From the NCBI GenBank assembly GCA_045645065.1, contig JAZRIB010000005.1, forward strand, positions 125,917-189,916: 64,000 nucleotides of DNA, given 5' to 3'. The stretch is from Candidatus Enterousia sp. Lineage in GTDB: Bacteria; Pseudomonadota; Alphaproteobacteria; Rs-D84. Positions 37,352 through 46,077 of the stretch are shown one piece after another (the first letter of the stretch is position 1; each line of letters begins with the position of its first letter). The notes below the pieces were generated by a model. The model worked only from the letters and a program-made list of their open reading frames with translations. It was not told the DNA's origin and searched no databases. Made by a program: the position numbers and the translations under genes.

Positions 37352-37816
37352 TTAATAAGTTACAATATTTGCAGGCACTTCACGTGCATTTTCTTCGCCA
37401 TATTCGCACAAAACATAGTCGTTTGGGTCACCATTGATATGCACAGACTTAAAATAATTTGGCGTTAACATCAGCATATATATTATAACGATACCCCATA
37501 TTAATAGTTTTGTTAATCCCCATGGTTGCTTGTATTTGTCGCCGTCAAATTTGTCTTTTAACAAATTTTGGTACAACGCCCATCCCCACGAAAAAGTCAA
37601 AACAATCAAACAAGACATTAACAAAATTTTGAAAAATCTTGAAAATTGGGAAAATCCTGTGCCGATGGGGTCCCAAATTGAACTGGCCGCAGGGCAAACG
37701 TACAGCGTGTTCCCAGATTGAACTGGTATTTCCACAGGGTCTAACTGCAGGCCAAATGATGACATTATTATAATCATAGTCAATAAACAAATGGCAGTAA
37801 CCATTCTTTTTTGCAT
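37352..37816 (-). CDS. Hypothetical integral membrane protein (154 aa)
   Basis: N-terminal hydrophobic segment plus two further TM-like segments (FFKILLMSCLIVLTFSWGWALY and LLIWGIVIIYMLML). No motif recognised. Confidence 0.6.
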   Translation of the reverse strand: MQKRMVTAICLLTMIIIMSSFGLQLDPVEIPVQSGNTLYVCPAASSIWDPIGTGFSQFSRFFKILLMSCLIVLTFSWGWALYQNLLKDKFDGDKYKQPWGLTKLLIWGIVIIYMLMLTPNYFKSVHINGDPNDYVLCEYGEENAREVPANIVTY

Positions 37817-37900
37817 AAATTCCCCCTGTGTCTCGGATTACATTATATCATAAAATACTAAACAATTGCAATTTTAGAAAGTTTTATTTAATATTTTTAT

Positions 37901-38677
37901 ATGATGCGACAAAATAGCAGGATTATTATCGGTCTTACTACGTTTAATCACGAATTTTTACAAATTTCTGTGACGGGTCTGGCGCGTATATCAAAAAAAG
38001 TATCTTTGATTATATATAATGACAATCCGTGTCGAACGTTAAAACATCATGATGTTCGCAAATTAGGCTTTCGTGGTCGATTACATATTATAAACACCTG
38101 CGAAAATGTCGGTGTATTTCGCGCCCGTGTTGCAATACTGGAATATATCCACAAAAACAAGATTTCTGCATCGTGGTTTATGTTTGCAAACGATGATGAT
38201 ATTGTCTTGAATTCTGTTGTGCCAAGTGTTGATAAAAATGTTTTTGCAATTATGGGCAATGCAGTTGTTATTCGTTCGCGTGTTCTTGATGTTTTGCGTG
38301 TTATGAATAATCCAGACGATTATACGATTGATGGTGTTGACACGCAACTGTATGCGCCATATGTTGCGATGGCGGGAACGTTGATACGTCTGAATAATAT
38401 ATTAGAATTCGGGGATTTTTTAACAACCGTTATGCCAGATTTACTGGAAATAATATCAGATAACCCGTTTTTGGTTCCCTCAGATTCTATAATGTGGCAA
38501 ATGTTTGTGGAATATATGCGCACTATGCACCCAGAATTGTCACCAATTTATATGAGCCAGACTAATTATTTAATGACTAAATTAAATAACAGTTTTTATC
38601 CAACAAATATTCAGCGTGATTCCATGATTGCGCGCAGTACCGCATTGGTTACAGCCGCCCTGCGGGGCAACGAATAA
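37901..38677 (+). CDS. Putative family-2-like glycosyltransferase
   Basis: The order of motifs resembles GT-A/GT2 enzymes: IIIGLTTFNHEFLQISVTGL, LIIYNDNP, ENVGVFRARVAIL, FMFANDDDIV (DxD-like). The assignment is tentative. Confidence 0.45.
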   Translation: MMRQNSRIIIGLTTFNHEFLQISVTGLARISKKVSLIIYNDNPCRTLKHHDVRKLGFRGRLHIINTCENVGVFRARVAILEYIHKNKISASWFMFANDDDIVLNSVVPSVDKNVFAIMGNAVVIRSRVLDVLRVMNNPDDYTIDGVDTQLYAPYVAMAGTLIRLNNILEFGDFLTTVMPDLLEIISDNPFLVPSDSIMWQMFVEYMRTMHPELSPIYMSQTNYLMTKLNNSFYPTNIQRDSMIARSTALVTAALRGNE

Positions 38678-38763
38678 AATAATTTCCATTTTGTAAAATA
38701 TATGATTGAAACGCGGGCGCAATGTTTATACAATGCCCCTGAAAAAATAAAAGGACAAACACA

Positions 38764-40842
38764 ATGACATATAATGATATCAGAAAGGCTTTTTTACAAT
38801 ATTTTGAATCGCACGGGCATACAATCGTGCCATCAGCATCACTGATTCCAAACGATCCAACGCTGTTGTTCACAGTTGCTGGTATGGTCCCATGGAAGGG
38901 TATTTTGCAAGGTACCGAACCCGCATTTGCACCACGCGTCGCAGACGTACAGAAGTGTATTCGTGCAGGTGGTAAACATAATGACCTGGAAGATGTTGGT
39001 TTTGATGGTCGTCATCATACATTTTTTGAAATGTTGGGCAACTGGTCGTTTGGCGATTATTTCAAGGCTGGCGCAATTGAAATGTCGTGGGAACTGTTAA
39101 CCAAAGTATTTGGTCTGGATCCAGAACGTATTGTTGTGACGACGCATTACAGTGATGACGAAGCAGCAAAAATCTGGAAACAGGTTTCTGGCAAAGATGC
39201 AATTTTGTTAGGCGACAAAGACAATTGGTGGTCGGCGGGCGATACGGGCCCATGCGGTCCATGTACCGAAATGCACTATGATATGGGGGCGCATTTGCCG
39301 GGTGGATTACCAGGTTCTGCGGACGAAGATGGTGGTCGTTGGGTTGAAATCTGGAATGACGTATTTATGCAATATGATCGCGATGCAAACGGCAATTTGA
39401 CACCACTGCCGAAACAGAACGTTGATACAGGTGCGGGTTTGGAACGTTTTGCATCAATTTTACAGGGTAAAACAGACAACTATGACACAGATTTGTTCGT
39501 GAATCTGAAACGTGCTGTATCTGATGTGACGGGCGTTGCCGAAACAGCGGATAATGTTTCCAGTTTCAAGGTTATCACAGACCACCTGCGTTCGGTCGGA
39601 TTTGCAATCGCAGACGGTGTCATCCCATCAAATACCGATCGCGGTTATGTAATCCGTCGTATTTTGCGTCGCGCAATGCGCCACGGACAAATTCTGGGGC
39701 ATCGTGGGGCGTTGCTGTCAAAATTATATCCAGCGTTAATTACCGAAATGGGTGATGCGTATCCAGAACTGGCGGCGAATCAGGCGCGCGTTGTTGAAAT
39801 TATTCAGAACGAAGAAAACGCATTCGCAGATATGCTGCAAAACGGTATGAAATTATTGGAAAGCGAATTACCAAAACTGAATAACAATGTTTTGCCGGGC
39901 GATGTTGCGTTCAAATTGTTTGACACATACGGTTTTCCATTGGATTTAACCCAGATGATTTTACGTGACAAAAATATCGACGTAGACGTTGCGGGCTTTG
40001 AAAAATCAATGGCCGAACAGAAAGAACGTTCACGTGCCAATACCAAGGGTACACGTATATTCTGGGAATCCCAGACAGAATTATGTGCAACCGATGATGT
40101 GGCAAAATATGCACCAACCCAGATGGAATCGCGTGTGTTGTCAATCTTGCGCAATGGCGAGTTTGTAGAATCAGCGACTGCGGGTGACGAAGTTGAAATC
40201 GCCCTGGACAAAACCACATTCTATGGCACCCAGGGTGGCCAGGTCGGTGACAGCGGCGAATTAAAGCGTGGTGATGACGTTGTTATGACCGTAACCGAAG
40301 CAGGGCGTGTCGACAGTGTTGTCATACACAAAGGCGTATTGAAATCAGACGTATCCGTTGGCGATATCGTTACGCCAGTAATTAATTCGACTGTTCGTCA
40401 ACAGACGGCACGTGCCCATACGGCGACACACTTGCTTCAGGCGGCATTGCGTCACGTCTTGAACGAAGATGTTGAACAACGTGGTTCCAAGGTTTCACCA
40501 GACTCTGTGCGTTTTGACTTTTCATTTGGTCGTGCAATGACGGCCGAAGAAAAAACAGCGGTTGAAAATTTGATTAATGAATGGATTGCCGCTGATATGG
40601 TTGTTACCCACGAAGAAATGTCAATGGATGACGCGGTTAAGCGTGGTGCAATGGCGCTGTTTGGGGAAAAGTATGGCGATATGGTGCGTGTAATTACCGC
40701 CGGCGATGTTTCGTGTGAATTATGTGGTGGAACACATATTCATCACACAGGCGAAATTATCAAAGCCAAAATCAACAAAGAAAAATCAATCAGCAGTGGT
40801 ATCCGCCGTATTACAATGTCGGTTGGTACATTAGCAGAATAA
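38764..40842 (+). CDS. alaS: Alanine--tRNA ligase, short form without the C-Ala domain
   Basis: The class II core (FFEMLGNWSFGDYFK, GPCGPCTEMHYD, WNDVFMQY) and editing-domain motifs (HTATHLLQAAL and CGGTHIHHTGEI) are present. The ORF stops about 30 aa after CGGTH, at 692 aa. Confidence 0.95.
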   Translation: MTYNDIRKAFLQYFESHGHTIVPSASLIPNDPTLLFTVAGMVPWKGILQGTEPAFAPRVADVQKCIRAGGKHNDLEDVGFDGRHHTFFEMLGNWSFGDYFKAGAIEMSWELLTKVFGLDPERIVVTTHYSDDEAAKIWKQVSGKDAILLGDKDNWWSAGDTGPCGPCTEMHYDMGAHLPGGLPGSADEDGGRWVEIWNDVFMQYDRDANGNLTPLPKQNVDTGAGLERFASILQGKTDNYDTDLFVNLKRAVSDVTGVAETADNVSSFKVITDHLRSVGFAIADGVIPSNTDRGYVIRRILRRAMRHGQILGHRGALLSKLYPALITEMGDAYPELAANQARVVEIIQNEENAFADMLQNGMKLLESELPKLNNNVLPGDVAFKLFDTYGFPLDLTQMILRDKNIDVDVAGFEKSMAEQKERSRANTKGTRIFWESQTELCATDDVAKYAPTQMESRVLSILRNGEFVESATAGDEVEIALDKTTFYGTQGGQVGDSGELKRGDDVVMTVTEAGRVDSVVIHKGVLKSDVSVGDIVTPVINSTVRQQTARAHTATHLLQAALRHVLNEDVEQRGSKVSPDSVRFDFSFGRAMTAEEKTAVENLINEWIAADMVVTHEEMSMDDAVKRGAMALFGEKYGDMVRVITAGDVSCELCGGTHIHHTGEIIKAKINKEKSISSGIRRITMSVGTLAE

Positions 40843-40843
40843 A

Positions 40844-40872
40844 AGAAAACCGGCAATTGCCGGTTTTCTTAT
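40844..40872. terminator. Bidirectional Rho-independent terminator between alaS and the convergent 128-aa gene
   Basis: Stem GAAAACCGGC (40845-40854) / GCCGGTTTTC (40859-40868), loop AATT. Confidence 0.75.
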
Positions 40873-41255
40873 TTAGTTTTTTGTGTTTTGTTTGTATATT
40901 CTTTTAACAACGTCAAAACGTGTTTGTCTGCTATTGACATATTGTTCAACATTTGTTGTTCGCTGTATTTTTTTGCAACCAAACGACCGATTTCAAACAC
41001 TGATTCTTGGTCTTTTGTTGGTTTTCCATTGTTTTCAGACCATTCAATTTCGGCCACATTATGACCAAAAACAGAAATAAAATACATTCCATAATCCCAG
41101 CCGTTTATATACGACAAGATTTCTTTGCCATTATCGTCAATGACTTTATATGTATCTGTCCCTGGTTGACGGTTAAGTTTAACCTGAATATTGTCGCGTT
41201 CCATTATGACTTTCAACTGTCCAGAAATAAATGGGTTCAAATATTTTTGTTCCAT
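40869..41255 (-). CDS. Hypothetical 128-aa protein (orphan)
   Basis: ATG 41255 is preceded by an AAAGGA RBS. The longer ORF-track version overlaps xseA. Confidence 0.5.
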   Translation of the reverse strand: MEQKYLNPFISGQLKVIMERDNIQVKLNRQPGTDTYKVIDDNGKEILSYINGWDYGMYFISVFGHNVAEIEWSENNGKPTKDQESVFEIGRLVAKKYSEQQMLNNMSIADKHVLTLLKEYTNKTQKTK

Positions 41256-41310
41256 ATCGTATCCTTTGTTTATGTTCTTAATACACAATATAGTACAAAA
41301 ACGCAGGTTG

Positions 41311-42546
41311 TCAAGATATAACAACAATTCCATCTGCAAATTCTATACTGGCTGGGGTGCCAGCATTTGCGCGACTAATAATTTTATTATCACAATCGCG
41401 AACAATTGCATATCCGCGACTTAAAACACTTTTATAACTAAGGGATTGTAGCATTTGTCCCAAATGCAATAGATTCTGGCTTAAATTCGCCATACGCCCA
41501 GACATTATTGTCTGTAAATTCGCGACCATATCCATACGTTGATGTGCCAAATGAATTTTATTTGTAATCAATATGTTCATAGTGCGCCCAACATCATCCA
41601 GTCTTTGCGCATGTTCCATTACGACCTGGCGCGGGCTTTTTATATTTATTGAATCAACGCGTTGTTTAGCATTGGTTAACCGTGTTATGAATGTCGTTGA
41701 TAATCGAATCCACAAATTGTCTATTTCCTGGAACAGGGCTAATTTTGTTGGCACAACCATTTCTGCAGCACCTGTTGGTGTTGGTGCGCGAACGTCCGCG
41801 GCAAAATCTATCAGCATCCAGTCTGGTTCATGTCCAACGCCTGAAATCAGTGGAATATGACTGGCTGCGGCAGCACGAACAACGATTTCTTCGGAAAAGG
41901 GCAGTAAATCTTCCAGACTGCCACCACCGCGTGCAACAATAATAACATCTACGTTATTCATATTGTTAAAGTATTCAATCCCGGCTGCAATCTCGACCGC
42001 TGCAGACGTCCCTTGAACTGTCGCAGGATACAACAACACATGCACCGGAAAACGTTCACGCAAACGATTTTGAATATCTTGGAATGCTGCACCTGTGGGA
42101 CTGGTAACAACACCGATACGTTGGGGTAATTTTGGCAATGGGTTTTTGCGTGATTGGTCAAACAGACCTTCTGCGGCCAATTTTTGTTTGCGTTCTTCCA
42201 GCATTTTAAGAATTGCACCAATTCCCGCCATTTCAATTTCATTAATGATAATTTGATAATTGCTGCGTGCTGGATATGTTGTAAAGCGTCCGGTAACAAC
42301 GACTTCCATCCCTTCTTCTAACTTAAACGCAATCGGTGTTCCGCGCCAAACGATTGCAGAAATCGCCGCCCCCGCGTCTTTGACAGTCATATACATATGG
42401 CCAGACGAAGCGCGTGTAATTTGCGATAATTCGCCACGAATTTTAATACGCGGGAATGCGGTTTCAACCACACCCTTTAACAGGGTGGCTGCATCTGTTA
42501 CACTGAATACAGTATCTGGTTTCACAAAAGGTTCTGGTTTCTGCAT
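41311..42546 (-). CDS. xseA: Exodeoxyribonuclease VII large subunit
   Basis: The N-terminal OB-fold region (VFSVTDAATLLKGVVETAFPRIKIRGELSQI...SGHMYMTVKD), VARGGGSLEDLLPFSEE and ISGVGHEPD are all present. ATG 42546 was chosen. Confidence 0.92.
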   Translation of the reverse strand: MQKPEPFVKPDTVFSVTDAATLLKGVVETAFPRIKIRGELSQITRASSGHMYMTVKDAGAAISAIVWRGTPIAFKLEEGMEVVVTGRFTTYPARSNYQIIINEIEMAGIGAILKMLEERKQKLAAEGLFDQSRKNPLPKLPQRIGVVTSPTGAAFQDIQNRLRERFPVHVLLYPATVQGTSAAVEIAAGIEYFNNMNNVDVIIVARGGGSLEDLLPFSEEIVVRAAAASHIPLISGVGHEPDWMLIDFAADVRAPTPTGAAEMVVPTKLALFQEIDNLWIRLSTTFITRLTNAKQRVDSINIKSPRQVVMEHAQRLDDVGRTMNILITNKIHLAHQRMDMVANLQTIMSGRMANLSQNLLHLGQMLQSLSYKSVLSRGYAIVRDCDNKIISRANAGTPASIEFADGIVVIS

Positions 42547-42550
42547 AATT

Positions 42551-43078
42551 TTACCGCCTGTCAAGTTCCATAATGATACGCTTAACAAATTCTGTTTTAT
42601 TTGGCGTTTTCATATCTTTCATACGTTTGTTAATAGGTTCGCCTAATTCATATGGTACACGCAGTGGTGCAAACTGGTCACCGGTGGCGTCAAACGGGGT
42701 ATCTGTGAAACGATTTTGCAAATAAACAACCGGTGCATGTTCCCACGCCCCCATTTTTATCGCAGATGGATTCCACACCGTATCCCCACCATATAATTCA
42801 TATATACAAATACTGGACAGGGCGCAAAAACCTTTGGTCCATGGCACAAAACCATTAAACGGCAATTCGCCGACAAATTTCTTGCGAAAAGCATTGTCGC
42901 GATACATCTTGCGCAACGTGTACGTAATATCATAAAGACTGTATTGAACATCTGCATGCGGCATAACCGCTGCATCAATCTGGGCCGCCTGGGTCAGTAA
43001 TTTTTTTGTTGCTGCATCATATTGTTTTACATAATCTTTCATACCGTCAACAATAGCACAAATTGTATAAAATTTCAA
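42551..43078 (-). CDS. Hypothetical protein (163-175 aa)
   Basis: Long ORF packed between tsaD and xseA. The ORF-track start 43078 is a TTG; the first ATG is at 43042. No motif recognised. Confidence 0.55.
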   Translation of the reverse strand: MKFYTICAIVDGMKDYVKQYDAATKKLLTQAAQIDAAVMPHADVQYSLYDITYTLRKMYRDNAFRKKFVGELPFNGFVPWTKGFCALSSICIYELYGGDTVWNPSAIKMGAWEHAPVVYLQNRFTDTPFDATGDQFAPLRVPYELGEPINKRMKDMKTPNKTEFVKRIIMELDRR

Positions 43079-43079
43079 A

Positions 43080-44204
43080 TTATAATTCAGTTAACGGCCA
43101 CCGTGGACGTGGTGCAATCGGCGTTTTGACAATGCGTCCCACGCGATAGTTTTCAATCCCCGCCCATGCAATCATTGCCCCATTGTCCGTGCACAAATTC
43201 ATCGGTGGTGCAGCAAATGTCATATTATGTTTACCGGCTAAATTTTCCAGTGCCGAACGTATTGCGCTGTTTTTGGCGACACCACCTGCGACAACCAGTG
43301 TTTTTGGATTAGACGCACGCACGTGTTCATTGTTCATTGCGTTATTCAAACGATTTACAATACAATCAACCACAGATGCCTGGAACGAAGCACAAAAATT
43401 GTTTATAAATTCATCGCTGTGTGGTTCAGGATTTTTATCAAGGAACGTGCGCGCAGCTGTTTTTATACCACTGAATGAAAAATCACACCCTGGTTTATCG
43501 CACAGTGGTCGTGGAAAATTGAACGCTTTTGGGTTACCGTTTTGCGCGCGCGAATCCACAACTGGGCCGCCTGGATACCCCAGCCCCAGCATCTTAGCAA
43601 CCTTATCAAACGCTTCACCGGCACTATCGTCCAGTGTTTGACCGATTAACTGGTACTGCCCGACGCCACGTACCAATAAAATCTGGCAATGACCACCCGA
43701 CGCCAACATCAACAAGTACGGAAATTCAACCGATGTTGTACCGTTATCACCGCTGGCGGTTGTGGCACTAAGACGTGGAACCAATGCATGACCTTCCAAA
43801 TGATTAACCGCGACTAATGGTTTGCCTGTTGATTGTGCAATTCCTGTTGCTGCCATCCATCCAACCAATACGCCGCCAATTAATCCCGGCCCAGCGGTTG
43901 CAGCGATAACATCAATATCATCAATTGTTTTTCCAGCACGCGCCAGTGTTTGTTTAATAACTTCATCAATGGCTAAAATATGCGCACGTGCAGCCAGTTC
44001 AGGCACCACACCACCATATTTTTGATGCTCTGGAATTTGAGAATAAATAATATGTGATAAAATATTGCGGTTTGAATCTACGATTGCCGCAGATGTCTCA
44101 TCACACGAAGATTCAATGCCCAAACACAGGGTGGGGCGAACGTCACTTGGTGTGTCGCCTGTCATTGTTCCCATATCCATTTGAATAATTTTATCATCTG
44201 TCAT
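43080..44204 (-). CDS. tsaD: tRNA N6-adenosine threonylcarbamoyltransferase TsaD
   Basis: LCLGIESSCDETSAAIV, VNHLEGHAL and the LVVAGGVAKNSAIR...LCTDNGAMIAWAG motifs. The start is uncertain: ATGs lie at 44204, 44180, 44174 and 44165. Confidence 0.95.
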   Translation of the reverse strand: MTDDKIIQMDMGTMTGDTPSDVRPTLCLGIESSCDETSAAIVDSNRNILSHIIYSQIPEHQKYGGVVPELAARAHILAIDEVIKQTLARAGKTIDDIDVIAATAGPGLIGGVLVGWMAATGIAQSTGKPLVAVNHLEGHALVPRLSATTASGDNGTTSVEFPYLLMLASGGHCQILLVRGVGQYQLIGQTLDDSAGEAFDKVAKMLGLGYPGGPVVDSRAQNGNPKAFNFPRPLCDKPGCDFSFSGIKTAARTFLDKNPEPHSDEFINNFCASFQASVVDCIVNRLNNAMNNEHVRASNPKTLVVAGGVAKNSAIRSALENLAGKHNMTFAAPPMNLCTDNGAMIAWAGIENYRVGRIVKTPIAPRPRWPLTEL

Positions 44205-44205
44205 T

Positions 44206-44898
44206 TTATTTAATTGCAATAAATGCAACCCCCATTTCACCAATCTGGCGACGACGTGTGGCGTATTTCATAAATTCTGCATCTACAACATGTCCAGCCG
44301 CCGATGACGCGTGGCGCAACGTTTGCCCACCTGGTAACAATAAACCCATATGCGTTACCGCTAATTCTGTACCAATTGTATCCAGACTGTTGGAATTTGC
44401 GCTTATAAACAACACAATCAGCATTTCTGAATTATTTGGCTGGGTTAAATTTTTATACGGTATATATTCCAATGTTGCAGATTCTGGCGCAATATCCGTG
44501 TCTATTTTATGGACTTTTTTCAGCCATTTTGCTTTATCGATTGTCAATCGACGCGTTTTAGTTTTACCGTATTGTGCACTGACATTTTCAACACGATTTG
44601 AATTGTTTTTTAACCAATCTGTTTCAATAAAATGATTTCGATTCAGAAAATCGATTTCGCCATTTTTATATCGAATTTGGTTCAGGTTATTTACATCACC
44701 ACCCGCCATAACAGTTTCTACGAACGTAGTACAATCGAACGCATCTGTACGTATCAATGGGTCTTTGTCTGGTTCTTGTTCTTCGCCCAACGGATCACGA
44801 ATATATTTCGCACCCAAATAATTTTCACCATTCGGAAAACCCGGCGCAAATGCACACCCAGATAATAACACCAAAGAAGCAACCAAACACTTGAACAT
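44206..44898 (-). CDS. Lipoprotein, possibly DUF1460/amidase-like
   Basis: Lipobox LVLLSGC near the N-terminus. ...TDAFDCTTFVETVMAG... resembles DUF1460-type proteins. The function call is tentative. Confidence 0.6.
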   Translation of the reverse strand: MFKCLVASLVLLSGCAFAPGFPNGENYLGAKYIRDPLGEEQEPDKDPLIRTDAFDCTTFVETVMAGGDVNNLNQIRYKNGEIDFLNRNHFIETDWLKNNSNRVENVSAQYGKTKTRRLTIDKAKWLKKVHKIDTDIAPESATLEYIPYKNLTQPNNSEMLIVLFISANSNSLDTIGTELAVTHMGLLLPGGQTLRHASSAAGHVVDAEFMKYATRRRQIGEMGVAFIAIK

Positions 44899-44902
44899 AT
44901 TG

Positions 44903-45208
44903 TTACAGATTTTGCTTTAGTTGCATTCCCATATGGCACAGTCGTGCTGCATCTGCGATTGTCATTTTATCCGCATCGGGCAGGGTGGCTATTTTACCAA
45001 CACACGCAACAATAATGTCTATGTTTTCATCACTGCCGACCAATGTTCGTATTGTTGATACACGTTCATCATTATTTGACGATGTCCAGTTTTTTAATGT
45101 ACCCCCGCTTAAATCATTAGAACGTAAAGACGTTACAAAAACGAACAGTGCAATTATTAAAACCCCTGCGCCAATTAAAATCTTGAAATACTCTTTGATA
45201 AAATTCAT
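44903..45208 (-). CDS. Hypothetical membrane-anchored 101-aa protein
   Basis: N-terminal TM segment ILIGAGVLIIALFVFV. Tightly packed in the operon. Confidence 0.5.
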   Translation of the reverse strand: MNFIKEYFKILIGAGVLIIALFVFVTSLRSNDLSGGTLKNWTSSNNDERVSTIRTLVGSDENIDIIVACVGKIATLPDADKMTIADAARLCHMGMQLKQNL

Positions 45209-45576
45209 CTTACATTCTCTTGGTTATATGCTTGTTTCATTATTTTACTAAAACGTGGCAAAGCGTGTTTGGCATTTCGTAACAAATCCGCTTCTGTACG
45301 ATTGGAACGCGCGCTGTACAACACAGGGGACACGACGATAATTTTTGTAGATTCATCTGTCTGAATAATATTTCCATCTATTTTTTTACATGAAATATTT
45401 TTCGCTTTAACGCGATAAATAGTTTTCCATATACCGTCCGCGGACATTATTTGTTTTGCAGTTTCAAGATTCATACACACATATACATTTGTGTTAAATG
45501 GCCACCATGGTTGTCCCGATGGCAACGAATCAGATACATTGCTTAACATATATCCTGTTAATTTTTTTATAATCAT
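45205..45576 (-). CDS. Hypothetical 123-aa protein
   Basis: ATG 45576 (MIIKKLTG...) has an AAAAGG RBS and avoids overlap with the upstream DUF2155 gene. Confidence 0.5.
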   Translation of the reverse strand: MIIKKLTGYMLSNVSDSLPSGQPWWPFNTNVYVCMNLETAKQIMSADGIWKTIYRVKAKNISCKKIDGNIIQTDESTKIIVVSPVLYSARSNRTEADLLRNAKHALPRFSKIMKQAYNQENVR

Positions 45577-45587
45577 AAGACAGCCTT

Positions 45588-45944
45588 TTAGTCGTTGTCC
45601 TTGCATCCAACCAACCAAACATCAAAATCTTCGTTTTGTAATGGTCGAATACCTGGCTCATTACGTGACATCCAGTTGCTGAAAATCTTACCATCTGTGG
45701 CGGTTGATATTTCTACAAACGCAAAGTTATCTTCGGCATCAAACGGATCTGTTTGTTTGCAACTGCGAACAACGATGTTTAATTTATCAAACTTAGCCGA
45801 ATCTCCAACTGGAACATTCAGTGAATATGTCTTGCCTGCTGCTTTATCCATAATGTACAAATGTGCAACATCACGATCAACAAAAGCCGATGCGACATTT
45901 GGAATTAACCAAGACATTAAAAAACACACAATAACTTTTTTCAT
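45588..45944 (-). CDS. DUF2155-domain secreted protein (family typical of Alphaproteobacteria)
   Basis: Signal peptide MKKVIVCFLMSWLIPNVASA. ...LNIVVRSCKQTDPFDAEDNFAFVEI...KIFSNWMSRNEPGIRPLQNEDFDVWLVGC fits my recollection of the DUF2155 pattern. Confidence 0.7.
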   Translation of the reverse strand: MKKVIVCFLMSWLIPNVASAFVDRDVAHLYIMDKAAGKTYSLNVPVGDSAKFDKLNIVVRSCKQTDPFDAEDNFAFVEISTATDGKIFSNWMSRNEPGIRPLQNEDFDVWLVGCKDND

Positions 45945-46047
45945 AGAACATATAATACAGCCCACGCCCCCTAATGTCAATTTACTTGTATAATAAAAAT
46001 ATCGTGTTGTATCACAATGGGCGGAATATAAAAACTATGTATAACAA

Positions 46048-46076
46048 CAACCCCCCCGCATTATTGCGGGGATTTA
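46048..46076 (-). terminator. Hairpin terminator directly after giant gene 1 (contains a C7/G7 run)
   Basis: Stem CCCCGC (46055-46060) / GCGGGG (46067-46072), loop ATTATT, starting 2 nt after the stop at 46078-46080. Confidence 0.6.
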
Positions 46077-46077
46077 T

